The notes beneath the pieces are model-generated. The model was not told the DNA's origin and ran no database searches. It was given only the letters and a program-made list of their open reading frames with translations. Below are positions 1 through 8,511 of a stretch of DNA of 53,619 nucleotides, piece after piece (position 1 is the stretch's first letter; the number at the start of each line of letters is the position of its first letter). The position numbers were made by a program, and so were the translations under genes. This stretch comes from a virus. Taxonomy: Duplodnaviria; Caudoviricetes. Location of the stretch: positions 1 to 53,619 of the IMG/VR virus record IMGVR_UViG_3300020183_000101, one strand, 5' to 3'.

Positions 1-214
1 ATCCACCAATATCAAGTTGATTCATAAAATCGTCCATCGCATCCATATCAGGATTTTCTGCTTTCCTTCTTGCTTGACGAAGTATTGTAGCAGCAGAACG
101 ATTTGCCTTGGAAAGCTTCTCTGCCCAAATCATTTCACTTAGCTCTACTGATTCTCCTTTGATAATTTTGTCACATATTGCCTCTAATCTTAATCTATAT
201 TGCGTGGAGAGCAT
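1..214 (-). CDS. Small hypothetical cyanophage protein, 3' end truncated by window edge
   Basis: Manually translated MLSTQYRLRLEAICDKIIKGESVELSEMIWAEKLSKANRSAATILRQARR...; open to position 1; ATAAATA late-promoter-like box upstream (~235-241). Confidence 0.75.
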   Translation of the reverse strand, partial: MLSTQYRLRLEAICDKIIKGESVELSEMIWAEKLSKANRSAATILRQARRKAENPDMDAMDDFMNQLDIGG

Positions 215-233
215 AAGATTTTCCAAATATAGT

Positions 234-473
234 TTATTTATTTTTAGATTGTAACTCATTCATCAACTCTTTTGCAAGTTGATTTGAGCGTCTCCACATT
301 ACATATTGTGCCCAGGGTGTTTTGGGATTGTTTATCACCCACCAACGAAATCTTGCAAGTTTATTATTTACAATCTTACCTGTAAAATAAACTGCCTTTG
401 CAATACTTTCATCGGTAACAATGAGGTATGTAACACAAGCAAAAATAATCAGATAAACATATTGAGCAGTCAT
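234..473 (-). CDS. Small hypothetical protein with N-terminal hydrophobic (membrane) segment
   Basis: 79-aa ORF, YVYLIIFACVTYLIV hydrophobic stretch; ATGA overlap with upstream ORF. Confidence 0.7.
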   Translation of the reverse strand: MTAQYVYLIIFACVTYLIVTDESIAKAVYFTGKIVNNKLARFRWWVINNPKTPWAQYVMWRRSNQLAKELMNELQSKNK

Positions 474-640
474 CGTCTTAAAGTTTTAAGATATTCTAGA
501 ACATTCTCTCTGACCCACATCAATTCGTGATAACACTTTTGATTGTGAGCGCACTGTCTTAATTCATTATCTGGTTTATACACAGACTCAATAAACAAAT
601 CTAAACCACGATTCCATTTAACATCAGGTGATTCATCCAT
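470..640 (-). CDS. Small hypothetical cyanophage protein
   Basis: ORF 470..679; preferred ATG at 640 (MDESPDVKWNRGLDLFIESV...CAHNQKCY) because it overlaps the stop of the upstream gene. Confidence 0.7.
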   Translation of the reverse strand: MDESPDVKWNRGLDLFIESVYKPDNELRQCAHNQKCYHELMWVRENVLEYLKTLRR

Positions 641-800
641 CTTTTTTAACAATCGCAGGACAGGTTGGAATAGTTTCACGAATTGTTTGAATAAGTTCGT
701 TTTTTAAACTTGTCGATATGGAACCATTAGATTCAATATTACGAATAACACTTGCTGCTTGATTACAACTAATGATAGTTGTGAGAAACAGAGCAACCAT
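633..800 (-). CDS. Small hypothetical protein (55 aa, not in ORF track)
   Basis: Manual translation MVALFLTTIISCNQAASVIRNIESNGSISTSLKNELIQTIRETIPTCPAIVKKDG; AGGAG Shine-Dalgarno upstream; fills the gap between neighbours. Confidence 0.7.
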   Translation of the reverse strand: MVALFLTTIISCNQAASVIRNIESNGSISTSLKNELIQTIRETIPTCPAIVKKDG

Positions 801-836
801 TGGCTTTCTCCTATTCTTCTACTATTTAATCAAGTT

Positions 837-1235
837 TCAGTCCCAACTCACATTCTGAAGTAGAAATCCAGGCATCACCATTGACCAGGAACCCTGATCT
901 GCCACACCTGAAACTCTATATTGCCACTTGTAGGCAAACTTATTATGACTATCCCAAGTCATAAAACCTTTCTCCTTATCAAACCAGGACTTAATTGTCA
1001 GTCCAAAGCGATTAGAGTAAATGTTGCGAGTGCGAAGTGCTCCACCAGTCTCACGAGTTTCTACCACTTTACAGGTATCAAACTGCGTCTGCAGACTCAC
1101 ATCCAGAGCACACGGAGTTTCATAGGTGAATGTGCGATATACCTTTGGTTTTGTCGGTGTTTTGATAGTGACATCGTGATTATGTGCGAGTGCTGGTGTA
1201 GTTAGCAGTGCAGCAGTAAGTAATAGTGATTTCAT
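837..1235 (-). CDS. Hypothetical protein with signal peptide (exported)
   Basis: N-terminus MKSLLLTAALLTTPALA is a typical Sec signal peptide with AxA cleavage site. Confidence 0.75.
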   Translation of the reverse strand: MKSLLLTAALLTTPALAHNHDVTIKTPTKPKVYRTFTYETPCALDVSLQTQFDTCKVVETRETGGALRTRNIYSNRFGLTIKSWFDKEKGFMTWDSHNKFAYKWQYRVSGVADQGSWSMVMPGFLLQNVSWD

Positions 1236-1450
1236 TTTTCAATCTTCCAGTGTTCGTTACCAGTTTTTTGTACCCAAAAGCAGTACTGACGATTTAGAGA
1301 AACAAGAAAGAGTTTATCATCAGTCTCCTGCTCTACTTCACAGGAGTGAAAAGAACCCATGATATTCACAAAGCGGTTCTTCGCTTTCGAACTCAGAGGA
1401 GTTACATTCACAAATTTCTTTTTGGTTTTTGGAGCTTTCATAGTGATCAT
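1232..1450 (-). CDS. Small hypothetical cyanophage protein
   Basis: 72-aa ORF, GGAGG SD upstream, ATGA overlap with next gene. Confidence 0.75.
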   Translation of the reverse strand: MITMKAPKTKKKFVNVTPLSSKAKNRFVNIMGSFHSCEVEQETDDKLFLVSLNRQYCFWVQKTGNEHWKIEK

Positions 1451-1477
1451 AGTTTTTCAACCTCCACAAAGGTTATT

Positions 1478-1915
1478 TTACAGTGTTTGATTGGTCAGTG
1501 TCAAGTAGTGTAAATATTCTTCATAAAGCACTTCTTCCATTTGGTGTGCTTGTTGTTCCCAGGGTTGATCCTGATAGTCTAGTTCAGAGCAATCAATACC
1601 CCTCCAGTGTCTTTTACCATAACGGTCCTTAAGTGCCCCTTTAACGTGCTGATAGACGTGCCAGAGTTCATGTAAAAGAGTCTTGGTATAATGCTCATGA
1701 GTCATGAAATTATGCATTTCAATCTCAAAAGAACGAGGTCTGTAGTCACAGTCAGTTGCCCAGACCCACCCATAAACCCCCTCACGGTACAATCCACGGT
1801 GATGAATGGAAATGTCTAGTTTGTGTCTGGGAAGGTGCTTAGAGACGAACCAATGGACTATACGCTCGCAGCGTTTTTTGCTATAATTGTATCCAGAAGT
1901 TTCAAGAGAGAGCAT
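1478..1915 (-). CDS. Zincin-like metallopeptidase-domain protein
   Basis: HExxH motif (LLHELWHVYQ) plus downstream QPWEQQA third-ligand motif. Confidence 0.7.
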   Translation of the reverse strand: MLSLETSGYNYSKKRCERIVHWFVSKHLPRHKLDISIHHRGLYREGVYGWVWATDCDYRPRSFEIEMHNFMTHEHYTKTLLHELWHVYQHVKGALKDRYGKRHWRGIDCSELDYQDQPWEQQAHQMEEVLYEEYLHYLTLTNQTL

Positions 1916-2009
1916 AGTTCAAAACAGATTGGGTCAAACGAACGCCCCAGTTCATTAGAGCCATGAAGGACGCAACAAAGATCAGTCTGTCAAGATTTGA
2001 GTACCTCAT
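1902..2009 (-). CDS. Very small hydrophobic protein (35 aa)
   Basis: Manual translation MRYSNLDRLIFVASFMALMNWGVRLTQSVLNYALS; first ORF after the promoter element at 2032-2090. Confidence 0.5.
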   Translation of the reverse strand: MRYSNLDRLIFVASFMALMNWGVRLTQSVLNYALS

Positions 2010-2031
2010 TGGGTGCCTTGCGTATGTAACC

Positions 2032-2090
2032 ACTATAAAACCCCCCAGGTCGGTTCTGGGGGGTTAGTGTGCCAGTTTTTGAACTGTCCC
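2032..2090 (-). promoter_or_regulatory. Composite junction element: imperfect palindrome, GC hairpin terminator with U tract, and TATAGT -10 box for the downstream early block
   Basis: GTGCCAGTT-N4-AACTGTCCC (2069-2090); perfect 10-bp stem AACCCCCCAG/CTGGGGGGTT (2039-2065) ending in TTTT on minus; TATAGT at 2037-2032. Confidence 0.6.
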
Positions 2091-2986
2091 TATGCGCCAG
2101 TGATTGCCTTATAATATCCACTAACTTCACCGAGAACAATATAGTTTGTCATTGTAGATGCGTTTCCTACAGTGTTAATTCCAACAAAGTCAAATACAGT
2201 ATAACCGATTGATGTGGTTAATGTTGGTCCAAGGTTGGAATTGAGACCACCATTTCTCCAGTGAATTGGTCTGCTAACTCCATTCAATGAAACTGCAGTA
2301 CAAGTTCTTGCTGTACCAGTTTGATGGACAATAACCTTAAATGGGATTGTGAAGTTATTGAAACTAGTTCCTGTTGGAATATCATTTACTTCCACAGAAA
2401 TGTCACCTGTTGGACCTGTTGCAAATCCAATATTTCCAGTTGTTCCCCCATAAGAAATAGTTACTCCAGTACCAGTAACTACTCTGATTAGTTTTTCTGC
2501 TCTATTAGTAATTCTTAAATCTGTTGCAGCAAATGCAACATTAGTTTCAAATGCGTCCCTGGTTAAATTATAAGTTAGAGTTCTATTTGTAATACCGTAA
2601 ACAAGAAGTCCAGCACCATCAACATCAGCGGTAATAGAAGACCAACCTACACCAATATAATTACTCTTTGTGTAAGTATTTGTTGTATCTAATTCAGTGG
2701 TAGATCCATGAACAATAATTCCATCATTTACAGTAGCAGCACTTACAACAATTGATGGTTCTTCACTTAAACCAGTGGAATTTCCAGTAACATTACCAGT
2801 AAGAACCCCAACAAATCCAGTAGCAGTTACAATTCCAACTTCACCTAGGAAAATGTTATTGCCAACTTGAACTGTTGATTTGGGATTACCTGTACCAAAA
2901 CCAATAGCACTCTTCTCAGTATTATATGAAATGGGTAAAGAACCAATACCAGATGTATAATCTGCTAATTGTGCTGCTCTAGTCAT
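2090..2986 (-). CDS. Tail-fibre module (connector), paralog of 12497..13249
   Basis: GIVTATGF/IGFGT fibre motifs; C-terminal ~170 aa align by eye with 12497..13249 (GxLxYGxTNxTxTYN...AFETN...AEK...PTGDI...ARTCTA). Confidence 0.75.
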   Translation of the reverse strand: MTRAAQLADYTSGIGSLPISYNTEKSAIGFGTGNPKSTVQVGNNIFLGEVGIVTATGFVGVLTGNVTGNSTGLSEEPSIVVSAATVNDGIIVHGSTTELDTTNTYTKSNYIGVGWSSITADVDGAGLLVYGITNRTLTYNLTRDAFETNVAFAATDLRITNRAEKLIRVVTGTGVTISYGGTTGNIGFATGPTGDISVEVNDIPTGTSFNNFTIPFKVIVHQTGTARTCTAVSLNGVSRPIHWRNGGLNSNLGPTLTTSIGYTVFDFVGINTVGNASTMTNYIVLGEVSGYYKAITGA

Positions 2987-2991
2987 TATCG

Positions 2992-3007
2992 TTTTTTAGT
3001 TATTTAT
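2992..3007 (-). promoter_or_regulatory. T4-type late promoter, ATAAATAACTAAAAAA copy 1
   Basis: Matches gp55 late consensus (T)ATAAATA; identical 16-mer at 5942, 10934, 17314. Confidence 0.75.
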
Positions 3008-3024
3008 GATTAGATTAGATTGAT

Positions 3025-5934
3025 TTACGTAACGATATTAAAAGTTCCAACCATAGCTGCGTGAATGGTGCATTGATAAACTAAAGTATTTGGGGCATCA
3101 AAAGGAACTGTAAATATTTGCGTTCCAGTTTGAGATCCACTCAAGAATGCAGAAGTATATGCAGATCCTCCACTGCTTGTGCGAATCGCAAATGGGTGAC
3201 TGCCTCCAGTAGAGTTTTCAAAAATGTAAGTAAATCCTCTGTGTAAATAAAGAGTTGGATTATCGGTGCTATTCAATACTCCAGGACCAGCGAGTCTATA
3301 TGCAGAAGCTCCACTTGAGGTTATATAGTATTTGAGAGCAAATCCAATATCTGTTCCATCACCAGTTGTAGTAGTGGATCTGAAAGAGGTTGCTGTTGTA
3401 ATACCAGAAACATTCAGTTGTTTAGCAAATAGTGTCGTCCCAGTGACCGTTGTAATACCAGCAAAGGTTGAAACACCAGAAACTGAAAGTCCACCAAGAG
3501 TGTTGATGTTATATGGAGTATTGATAAAGTTTGAATTCGTTTGAACCGAATTACCCATATAACCGTGATTGACACACTGATAATGTAAGACAATCGGTGT
3601 TGTGTCAGTGACAGTAATTTCTGTATAAGCACCAGCACTTCCAGCGGTTCCGTTTGGTGTTACATTAGTAGTGTATTGAGTTGTTTTATCTGCTTCTAGG
3701 TAAAAACGAAGTGGATGAGAACTATTACTACCGTCTGCTTGGTCAAAACGATATGTTTTTCCAGGTAACAGTGTAATAAATGGAGACTCTCTACCATCAA
3801 TAAGATATCCACTAGCAGATCCAGTTCCATAATAACGGTGATTTGTCGTCTTTGTAGCAACAGTGACAACAAATGTTTCTGTTGCAGAACTTGCAGCACC
3901 TACAAGTGCCTTGTAGTCAGAAAGTTGTCTAACGGTAGCAATACCAGTTACACTTAGATTATTAAATGTAGAAGTTCCTGATGTATTAATACCAGGAATA
4001 CCACCACCACCGCCAGGAAGATTAGTTAATCCTGATCCATCACCAACGAATGATGATGCTGTAACTACACCAGAAACTCTTACATTACCTTGAACAGTGA
4101 GTTTTGATGTTGGTTGTGTGCTACCAATACCCACATTTCCATTTGTATTATCACCACCAGTTACAGTAATTCTTTCAACAGCATTAAAGTCTGGAGTCCC
4201 AGTTCCAGAGAAAATTCTTACACTACTTTGTGCTGAAGTTGTTTGTGGTGCAATATAAAGATCTCCTGTTGCACTTGGAGAAATCTGAGAGTATGACTTG
4301 TCATCCAGAGATGCAACAATACTCGTATATTCATGGAACTCAAGTGGATTTGCTGCACTGACAAGTTCAAATCTCAGACCATCATTTAAAGATCCACCAC
4401 TAATATATGCTCCAGTTGTGCTGATGAATCTATTTGCTGTGGTAAGTCCTACGTTGATGTTAGTTCCTTGAATGTTAGAAATAGTTGCAACACCAGTAAC
4501 AGGTGAATCAATATTTCCAAAAAAACTTCCCGTCGCATGTCCCGATAAAGTTCCATAGAAAGTCGTGGCAGTAATTACACCACTTACATATTGATCACCC
4601 TCTATGCTCAAAGGTGATGATGGATATAAAGATCCGATACCAACTTTTGTGCTGGGATTAACTGCAAAGGTTCCAATTGCTGCGCCATCAGTTGGTCCAA
4701 CAATAATATTTGTAAGGGATCCAGATGCTCCACCCTCACCAATTAGAATGGTCTTTTGATAATCTGTACCATGAGCAGCAGTTGCAATTCCCACAAAAGG
4801 ATTTACGCTACCACTAGCATCTGCAATGACTGCAGTTGCATTTGCATGTGTAAATGCACCAGCAACACTCAGAGATCCTTGAAGAGTTGTAGATCCTGAG
4901 ATTGTTGCAGCACCAGATACTTGAGTTGATCCTTCAACCCATAGATTTGCTTTTGGATCTACAGTTCCAATTCCAACTTCAGATGAAATATATGCACTAC
5001 CAGTTACCTGAAGTCTTTGCTCAGGAACTAAAGTGGATGTTCCCGATCCTATTAGAACAGGACCGTCGATGAATGATGAAATTCCAGTTACTTCAATGGA
5101 TGGGAAGTTCTGAGTTGCCTGAGAAATTGCAGCGTTAATTGATGCTGCGGTTGTGCCATCAACAGAAGTGATATTTTTAAGTTCTCTTATTGAACTTAAA
5201 ACTTCAGTTGCACCAATGCTAATAGAATTTACCGTAGCAATTCCACTTACATTTAGTTTTTGTGTAGAAAGATCAGTTGTTGAAGTTACTCCAAGAGTTG
5301 TAATTCCAGTTACTCTGAGTTCTGTGAATAAGTTTGGAGAACTCTGAATTGCCGCTTCGATTGTTGCTGTTGTAGTAGCATCAAGTGAAGCAATATTTTG
5401 AAGTTGTCTAGCAGCAGTCAGGACAGTTGCTGCACCTATTGCAAAAGATCCTGTGGTAGTTACACCATTGATAGTCACATTGCCTAGAACTGATAATGTC
5501 GAACTTGCGGTTGTTGTCCCAATTCCAACATTACCAAGAGTATGAATACCAGTATTGTTCTGTGTCCATTTTGAAGAAGGACCAGTTGTTACAGTAACGA
5601 TACCTGAAGATACTGGAGTAACAAAGAAATTCTCTCCACCAAAATCTATGGTTCCCGCAACACCAACCAGAGAACCGCCATCGAGCACAACTACACCAGC
5701 ACCTTGTCCAACAATACCCGTGAGACCAGATCCGTCTCCAAAGAAAGCTCCTGTTGCTTTAAAGGAAGTTGCCGATACAATTCCAGTAAATTCACCATCA
5801 CCTTCTACACTAAGAGGAGATGTTGGAATTGTCGTTCCAATACCGACTTTTCCACTTTGAGTTATGGCAAAAGGAGATCCATCTCTGACCTCCAGTATAT
5901 TCACTAGTTTAGATAAGTCTCTAGCTCTAGACAT
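3025..5934 (-). CDS. Tail fibre protein with two C-terminal cupredoxin-like domains
   Basis: Repeated VGIGT / GIVSATSF / GDGSGLT fibre motifs; C-terminal HPLRF...YQCVNHGYM and HPFAI...YQCTIHAAM. Confidence 0.8.
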   Translation of the reverse strand: MSRARDLSKLVNILEVRDGSPFAITQSGKVGIGTTIPTSPLSVEGDGEFTGIVSATSFKATGAFFGDGSGLTGIVGQGAGVVVLDGGSLVGVAGTIDFGGENFFVTPVSSGIVTVTTGPSSKWTQNNTGIHTLGNVGIGTTTASSTLSVLGNVTINGVTTTGSFAIGAATVLTAARQLQNIASLDATTTATIEAAIQSSPNLFTELRVTGITTLGVTSTTDLSTQKLNVSGIATVNSISIGATEVLSSIRELKNITSVDGTTAASINAAISQATQNFPSIEVTGISSFIDGPVLIGSGTSTLVPEQRLQVTGSAYISSEVGIGTVDPKANLWVEGSTQVSGAATISGSTTLQGSLSVAGAFTHANATAVIADASGSVNPFVGIATAAHGTDYQKTILIGEGGASGSLTNIIVGPTDGAAIGTFAVNPSTKVGIGSLYPSSPLSIEGDQYVSGVITATTFYGTLSGHATGSFFGNIDSPVTGVATISNIQGTNINVGLTTANRFISTTGAYISGGSLNDGLRFELVSAANPLEFHEYTSIVASLDDKSYSQISPSATGDLYIAPQTTSAQSSVRIFSGTGTPDFNAVERITVTGGDNTNGNVGIGSTQPTSKLTVQGNVRVSGVVTASSFVGDGSGLTNLPGGGGGIPGINTSGTSTFNNLSVTGIATVRQLSDYKALVGAASSATETFVVTVATKTTNHRYYGTGSASGYLIDGRESPFITLLPGKTYRFDQADGSNSSHPLRFYLEADKTTQYTTNVTPNGTAGSAGAYTEITVTDTTPIVLHYQCVNHGYMGNSVQTNSNFINTPYNINTLGGLSVSGVSTFAGITTVTGTTLFAKQLNVSGITTATSFRSTTTTGDGTDIGFALKYYITSSGASAYRLAGPGVLNSTDNPTLYLHRGFTYIFENSTGGSHPFAIRTSSGGSAYTSAFLSGSQTGTQIFTVPFDAPNTLVYQCTIHAAMVGTFNIVT

Positions 5935-5941
5935 CTTATTG

Positions 5942-5957
5942 TTTTTTAGTTATTTAT
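5942..5957 (-). promoter_or_regulatory. T4-type late promoter, ATAAATAACTAAAAAA copy 2
   Basis: Identical 16-mer immediately upstream of fibre gene start at 5934. Confidence 0.75.
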
Positions 5958-5963
5958 TCTCTT

Positions 5964-6638
5964 TTATCTCGCAGCATCCCAAGCACACTGAGCACGAATA
6001 CCATCTTGAAGAACATAGTGAAAAAAGATCTGATGATAATATAGACCTTCTTTTTCCACTCTTTTCCCATACCAAGTTTTTTCGTATTCTGTTGGCATTG
6101 GATCACGCCAATGCGGACGTTCGCACCCTTTATAAATCATACCGTCACCAGGTTCAAGATCTACAGATCTATGCTCACCATTTGGAGTTTTAATCCAAAT
6201 CGACCAAGGTTCTTGTAAATTAGTGCTGATATGAACAGTTACAGAGATTTCACACGCAGCTCTATCAGTATGTTTTGTTAATTCTTGTCCAGGAAAATAA
6301 AATCTATCGTAATAATAAGTATCGTATAATTTTCTTCCAATTATTTTTTCAAGTTTGATTCTAATCTGAGAATGAATTTCTCTGTATTGTGGATGATGGT
6401 ACCTGGCAAGAGATCCCTCCACTTGTTGTTCTACTGGGTCGTGATAAAATTTATCAATAGATCCAAAGTAATTTATTTGACCTCTTTCCATTGGGACTGG
6501 ATGATACAGTTCCTCAGGATCCCATAAATTTTTTACAACAAAGTATCCATCCCTATCAAAATCTTCATTTCTAGTCCATGAAGTTCCAGTGTTAATTCTC
6601 TCTTGAAAGAGAAGATCTTCTTCTGTCATTACATCCAT
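5964..6638 (-). CDS. 2OG-Fe(II) oxygenase-family protein
   Basis: LTKHTDR (HxD), CEISVT, GDGMIYKGCERPHWR, QIFFHYV; start moved to ATG 6638 with GAGGTG SD. Confidence 0.8.
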   Translation of the reverse strand: MDVMTEEDLLFQERINTGTSWTRNEDFDRDGYFVVKNLWDPEELYHPVPMERGQINYFGSIDKFYHDPVEQQVEGSLARYHHPQYREIHSQIRIKLEKIIGRKLYDTYYYDRFYFPGQELTKHTDRAACEISVTVHISTNLQEPWSIWIKTPNGEHRSVDLEPGDGMIYKGCERPHWRDPMPTEYEKTWYGKRVEKEGLYYHQIFFHYVLQDGIRAQCAWDAAR

Positions 6639-6645
6639 ATTCACC

Positions 6646-7266
6646 TCACTTCCAACGTGGTCCAACTGTCCATCCAACGATAGACTTTCTAATTCCTTTA
6701 GTTACTTTAAGAACCCTATGTTGTGTTCTTGAATCAAAAAGAATAATTGTTCCTTTCTTTCTGGGTGCAATATAAGATCTTCCAGATTCATCCAGAAGTT
6801 GAAGATTTCCTCCTTCATAATCATCTGGATCTGACAATTGAATTACAAAGGATAATTTGCGGACAAGTTCAATGTTTTCATTCAGAAAATCATTTGCAAT
6901 ACCTTGCTCTCTGTTGCCAACAGATTGTGGTTTATACATGCCAGCAACACCTGCATCATTATGCCAACCATAAAACTCCCCTTCACGATAGCGAGTAAAT
7001 TGAAGACTCTCGCCATCAATGTTCCTTAGATCATATAAAAAGTTTTCACGATTTGCTCTCTGTATATAATGCCAGAGGAATCCAGCAACCCAATGATTGG
7101 TTGGAATCCAGGCGTTTTGTGAATTTCTTCTATCTTTATTCAGTGCATCTCCATGAAGTTTGGAGTCTGCCATTTGATTTTCAAAGTTGTTGCTAACATC
7201 ACTTTCAATAACATCAACGATTTCTTTGGGAATGTCTGTATAGTACCAAATAGATTGAAATGCCAT
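6646..7266 (-). CDS. 2OG-Fe(II) oxygenase (PKHD/prolyl-4-hydroxylase-like)
   Basis: QFTRY..GEFYGWHND, RKLSFVIQLSDPDDYEGGNL, FDSRTQHRV, RKSIVGW motifs. Confidence 0.9.
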   Translation of the reverse strand: MAFQSIWYYTDIPKEIVDVIESDVSNNFENQMADSKLHGDALNKDRRNSQNAWIPTNHWVAGFLWHYIQRANRENFLYDLRNIDGESLQFTRYREGEFYGWHNDAGVAGMYKPQSVGNREQGIANDFLNENIELVRKLSFVIQLSDPDDYEGGNLQLLDESGRSYIAPRKKGTIILFDSRTQHRVLKVTKGIRKSIVGWTVGPRWK

Positions 7267-7291
7267 ACTATTTTAATTACACCTATAATTT

Positions 7292-7320
7292 ATTGTAAGA
7301 TACTTTTTTTGAATAGTCAA
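7292..7320 (-). promoter_or_regulatory. Sigma70-type (early) promoter
   Basis: TTGACT-N17-TACAAT upstream of 6646..7266. Confidence 0.65.
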
Positions 7321-7862
7321 TTTTTGTAATGAAAGTTACCTGCAAGCACTGATCTCCCTTCGCACTTATTTTTAGGGACGCTATGGTAAATTCTACCAGG
7401 CATGATGATTGCCTGACCAGATTCCGCTTTAATTTTCTTTCTACTAGTATCTAGCACAAGAGGAGAGGAACCTTTTGGCGTATTTACATAGTAAATGAAA
7501 GAATAGGAAACATCATGTAAGTGTGAATATGTATAGTCTCCTTTATTATACACAACTCCCCAACAATCACAGAGAGATAATTTGAGAACTGCATCTGTAT
7601 TTACTTTATGAATATAATGGTGTTTGTAGATTAAAGTTTCAATCCAACCCACAACTTGTGCAATATATTCATCCATAATGAACCAATCAGTCATGTTAGC
7701 TTGAACATTTGTAGTTCTTTTTTGGGGATCATTCTTTGAAAGATTGACTATCCTCTCATGTATGAAAGGATTTAATAAAGATGCTCCAGGATGGTTATAA
7801 ATTCCTATTTTGTGATATTCTTTTACTAGGAAATCTAATTTATTAAAATTCAGCATATGCAC
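7317..7862 (-). CDS. 2OG-Fe(II) oxygenase-family protein (HxH type)
   Basis: WGVVYNKGDYTYSHLH, SFIYYV, MPGRIYHSV, RSVLAGN. Confidence 0.85.
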   Translation of the reverse strand: MHMLNFNKLDFLVKEYHKIGIYNHPGASLLNPFIHERIVNLSKNDPQKRTTNVQANMTDWFIMDEYIAQVVGWIETLIYKHHYIHKVNTDAVLKLSLCDCWGVVYNKGDYTYSHLHDVSYSFIYYVNTPKGSSPLVLDTSRKKIKAESGQAIIMPGRIYHSVPKNKCEGRSVLAGNFHYKN

Positions 7863-8472
7863 TCTTCAGACCAAATTTTCCAGTCAAGAAATAATTAAAG
7901 GAGATACAACGTCTTTTCTCTTTAGATTTAGAAACAGGAACAGAATGAAGAACATGTGAAGGGAATAAGACCATTGTTCCATCTGACACTTCTACTCCCC
8001 AATTTTTTGCATTAAAGATATTAAACTCTGATACGTTTGGTTCTAATGTGCAAGGTGCCCAGGTGGGAGATGATTGTGGGCAACTAAAATTTAATACTTC
8101 ACCGCTACCTTCAGGAACTCTGACATAAAAAACGCCACTAAAAAGACTATTGCTATGCAGATGATTAAAACACCAATCTTCTTTTTGATGATAGATTGCC
8201 CATGAACATGCGTGTTTTAAACCATAACTTTTATCAACTTTTAGAATTTCATACAAATAAAATTTTAGATGTGATTCCACAACATCTCTAATATCCGTAT
8301 AATCTTCTCTCAACAAAAGTGCCTGCTCCTTGGACATATATCCGTCCTGGTTATCAGTTCTTTCATATTCTAATTTATCAAGTCTCTCTACAAGTTCAGT
8401 TGGATCAAAGTGATCCAACTTTTTCTTATACACGGGAGAAGAAAATAAAGTATAAACTTCGGGGTGATTCAT
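7843..8472 (-). CDS. 2OG-Fe(II) oxygenase-family protein (TIGR02466-like, HxH type)
   Basis: LFSSPVY start, HLHSNSLFSGVFYV, VLFPSHVLHSV, RRCISFN. Confidence 0.9.
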   Translation of the reverse strand: MNHPEVYTLFSSPVYKKKLDHFDPTELVERLDKLEYERTDNQDGYMSKEQALLLREDYTDIRDVVESHLKFYLYEILKVDKSYGLKHACSWAIYHQKEDWCFNHLHSNSLFSGVFYVRVPEGSGEVLNFSCPQSSPTWAPCTLEPNVSEFNIFNAKNWGVEVSDGTMVLFPSHVLHSVPVSKSKEKRRCISFNYFLTGKFGLKSAYAEF

Positions 8473-8493
8473 GATTCAAAGATATTCAAATAA

Positions 8494-8502
8494 ATTATAG
8501 CA
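8494..8502 (-). promoter_or_regulatory. Extended -10 sigma70-type promoter
   Basis: TGCTATAAT ending ~21 nt upstream of the 8472 start; -35 poor. Confidence 0.5.
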
Positions 8503-8511
8503 CAAATTTTA

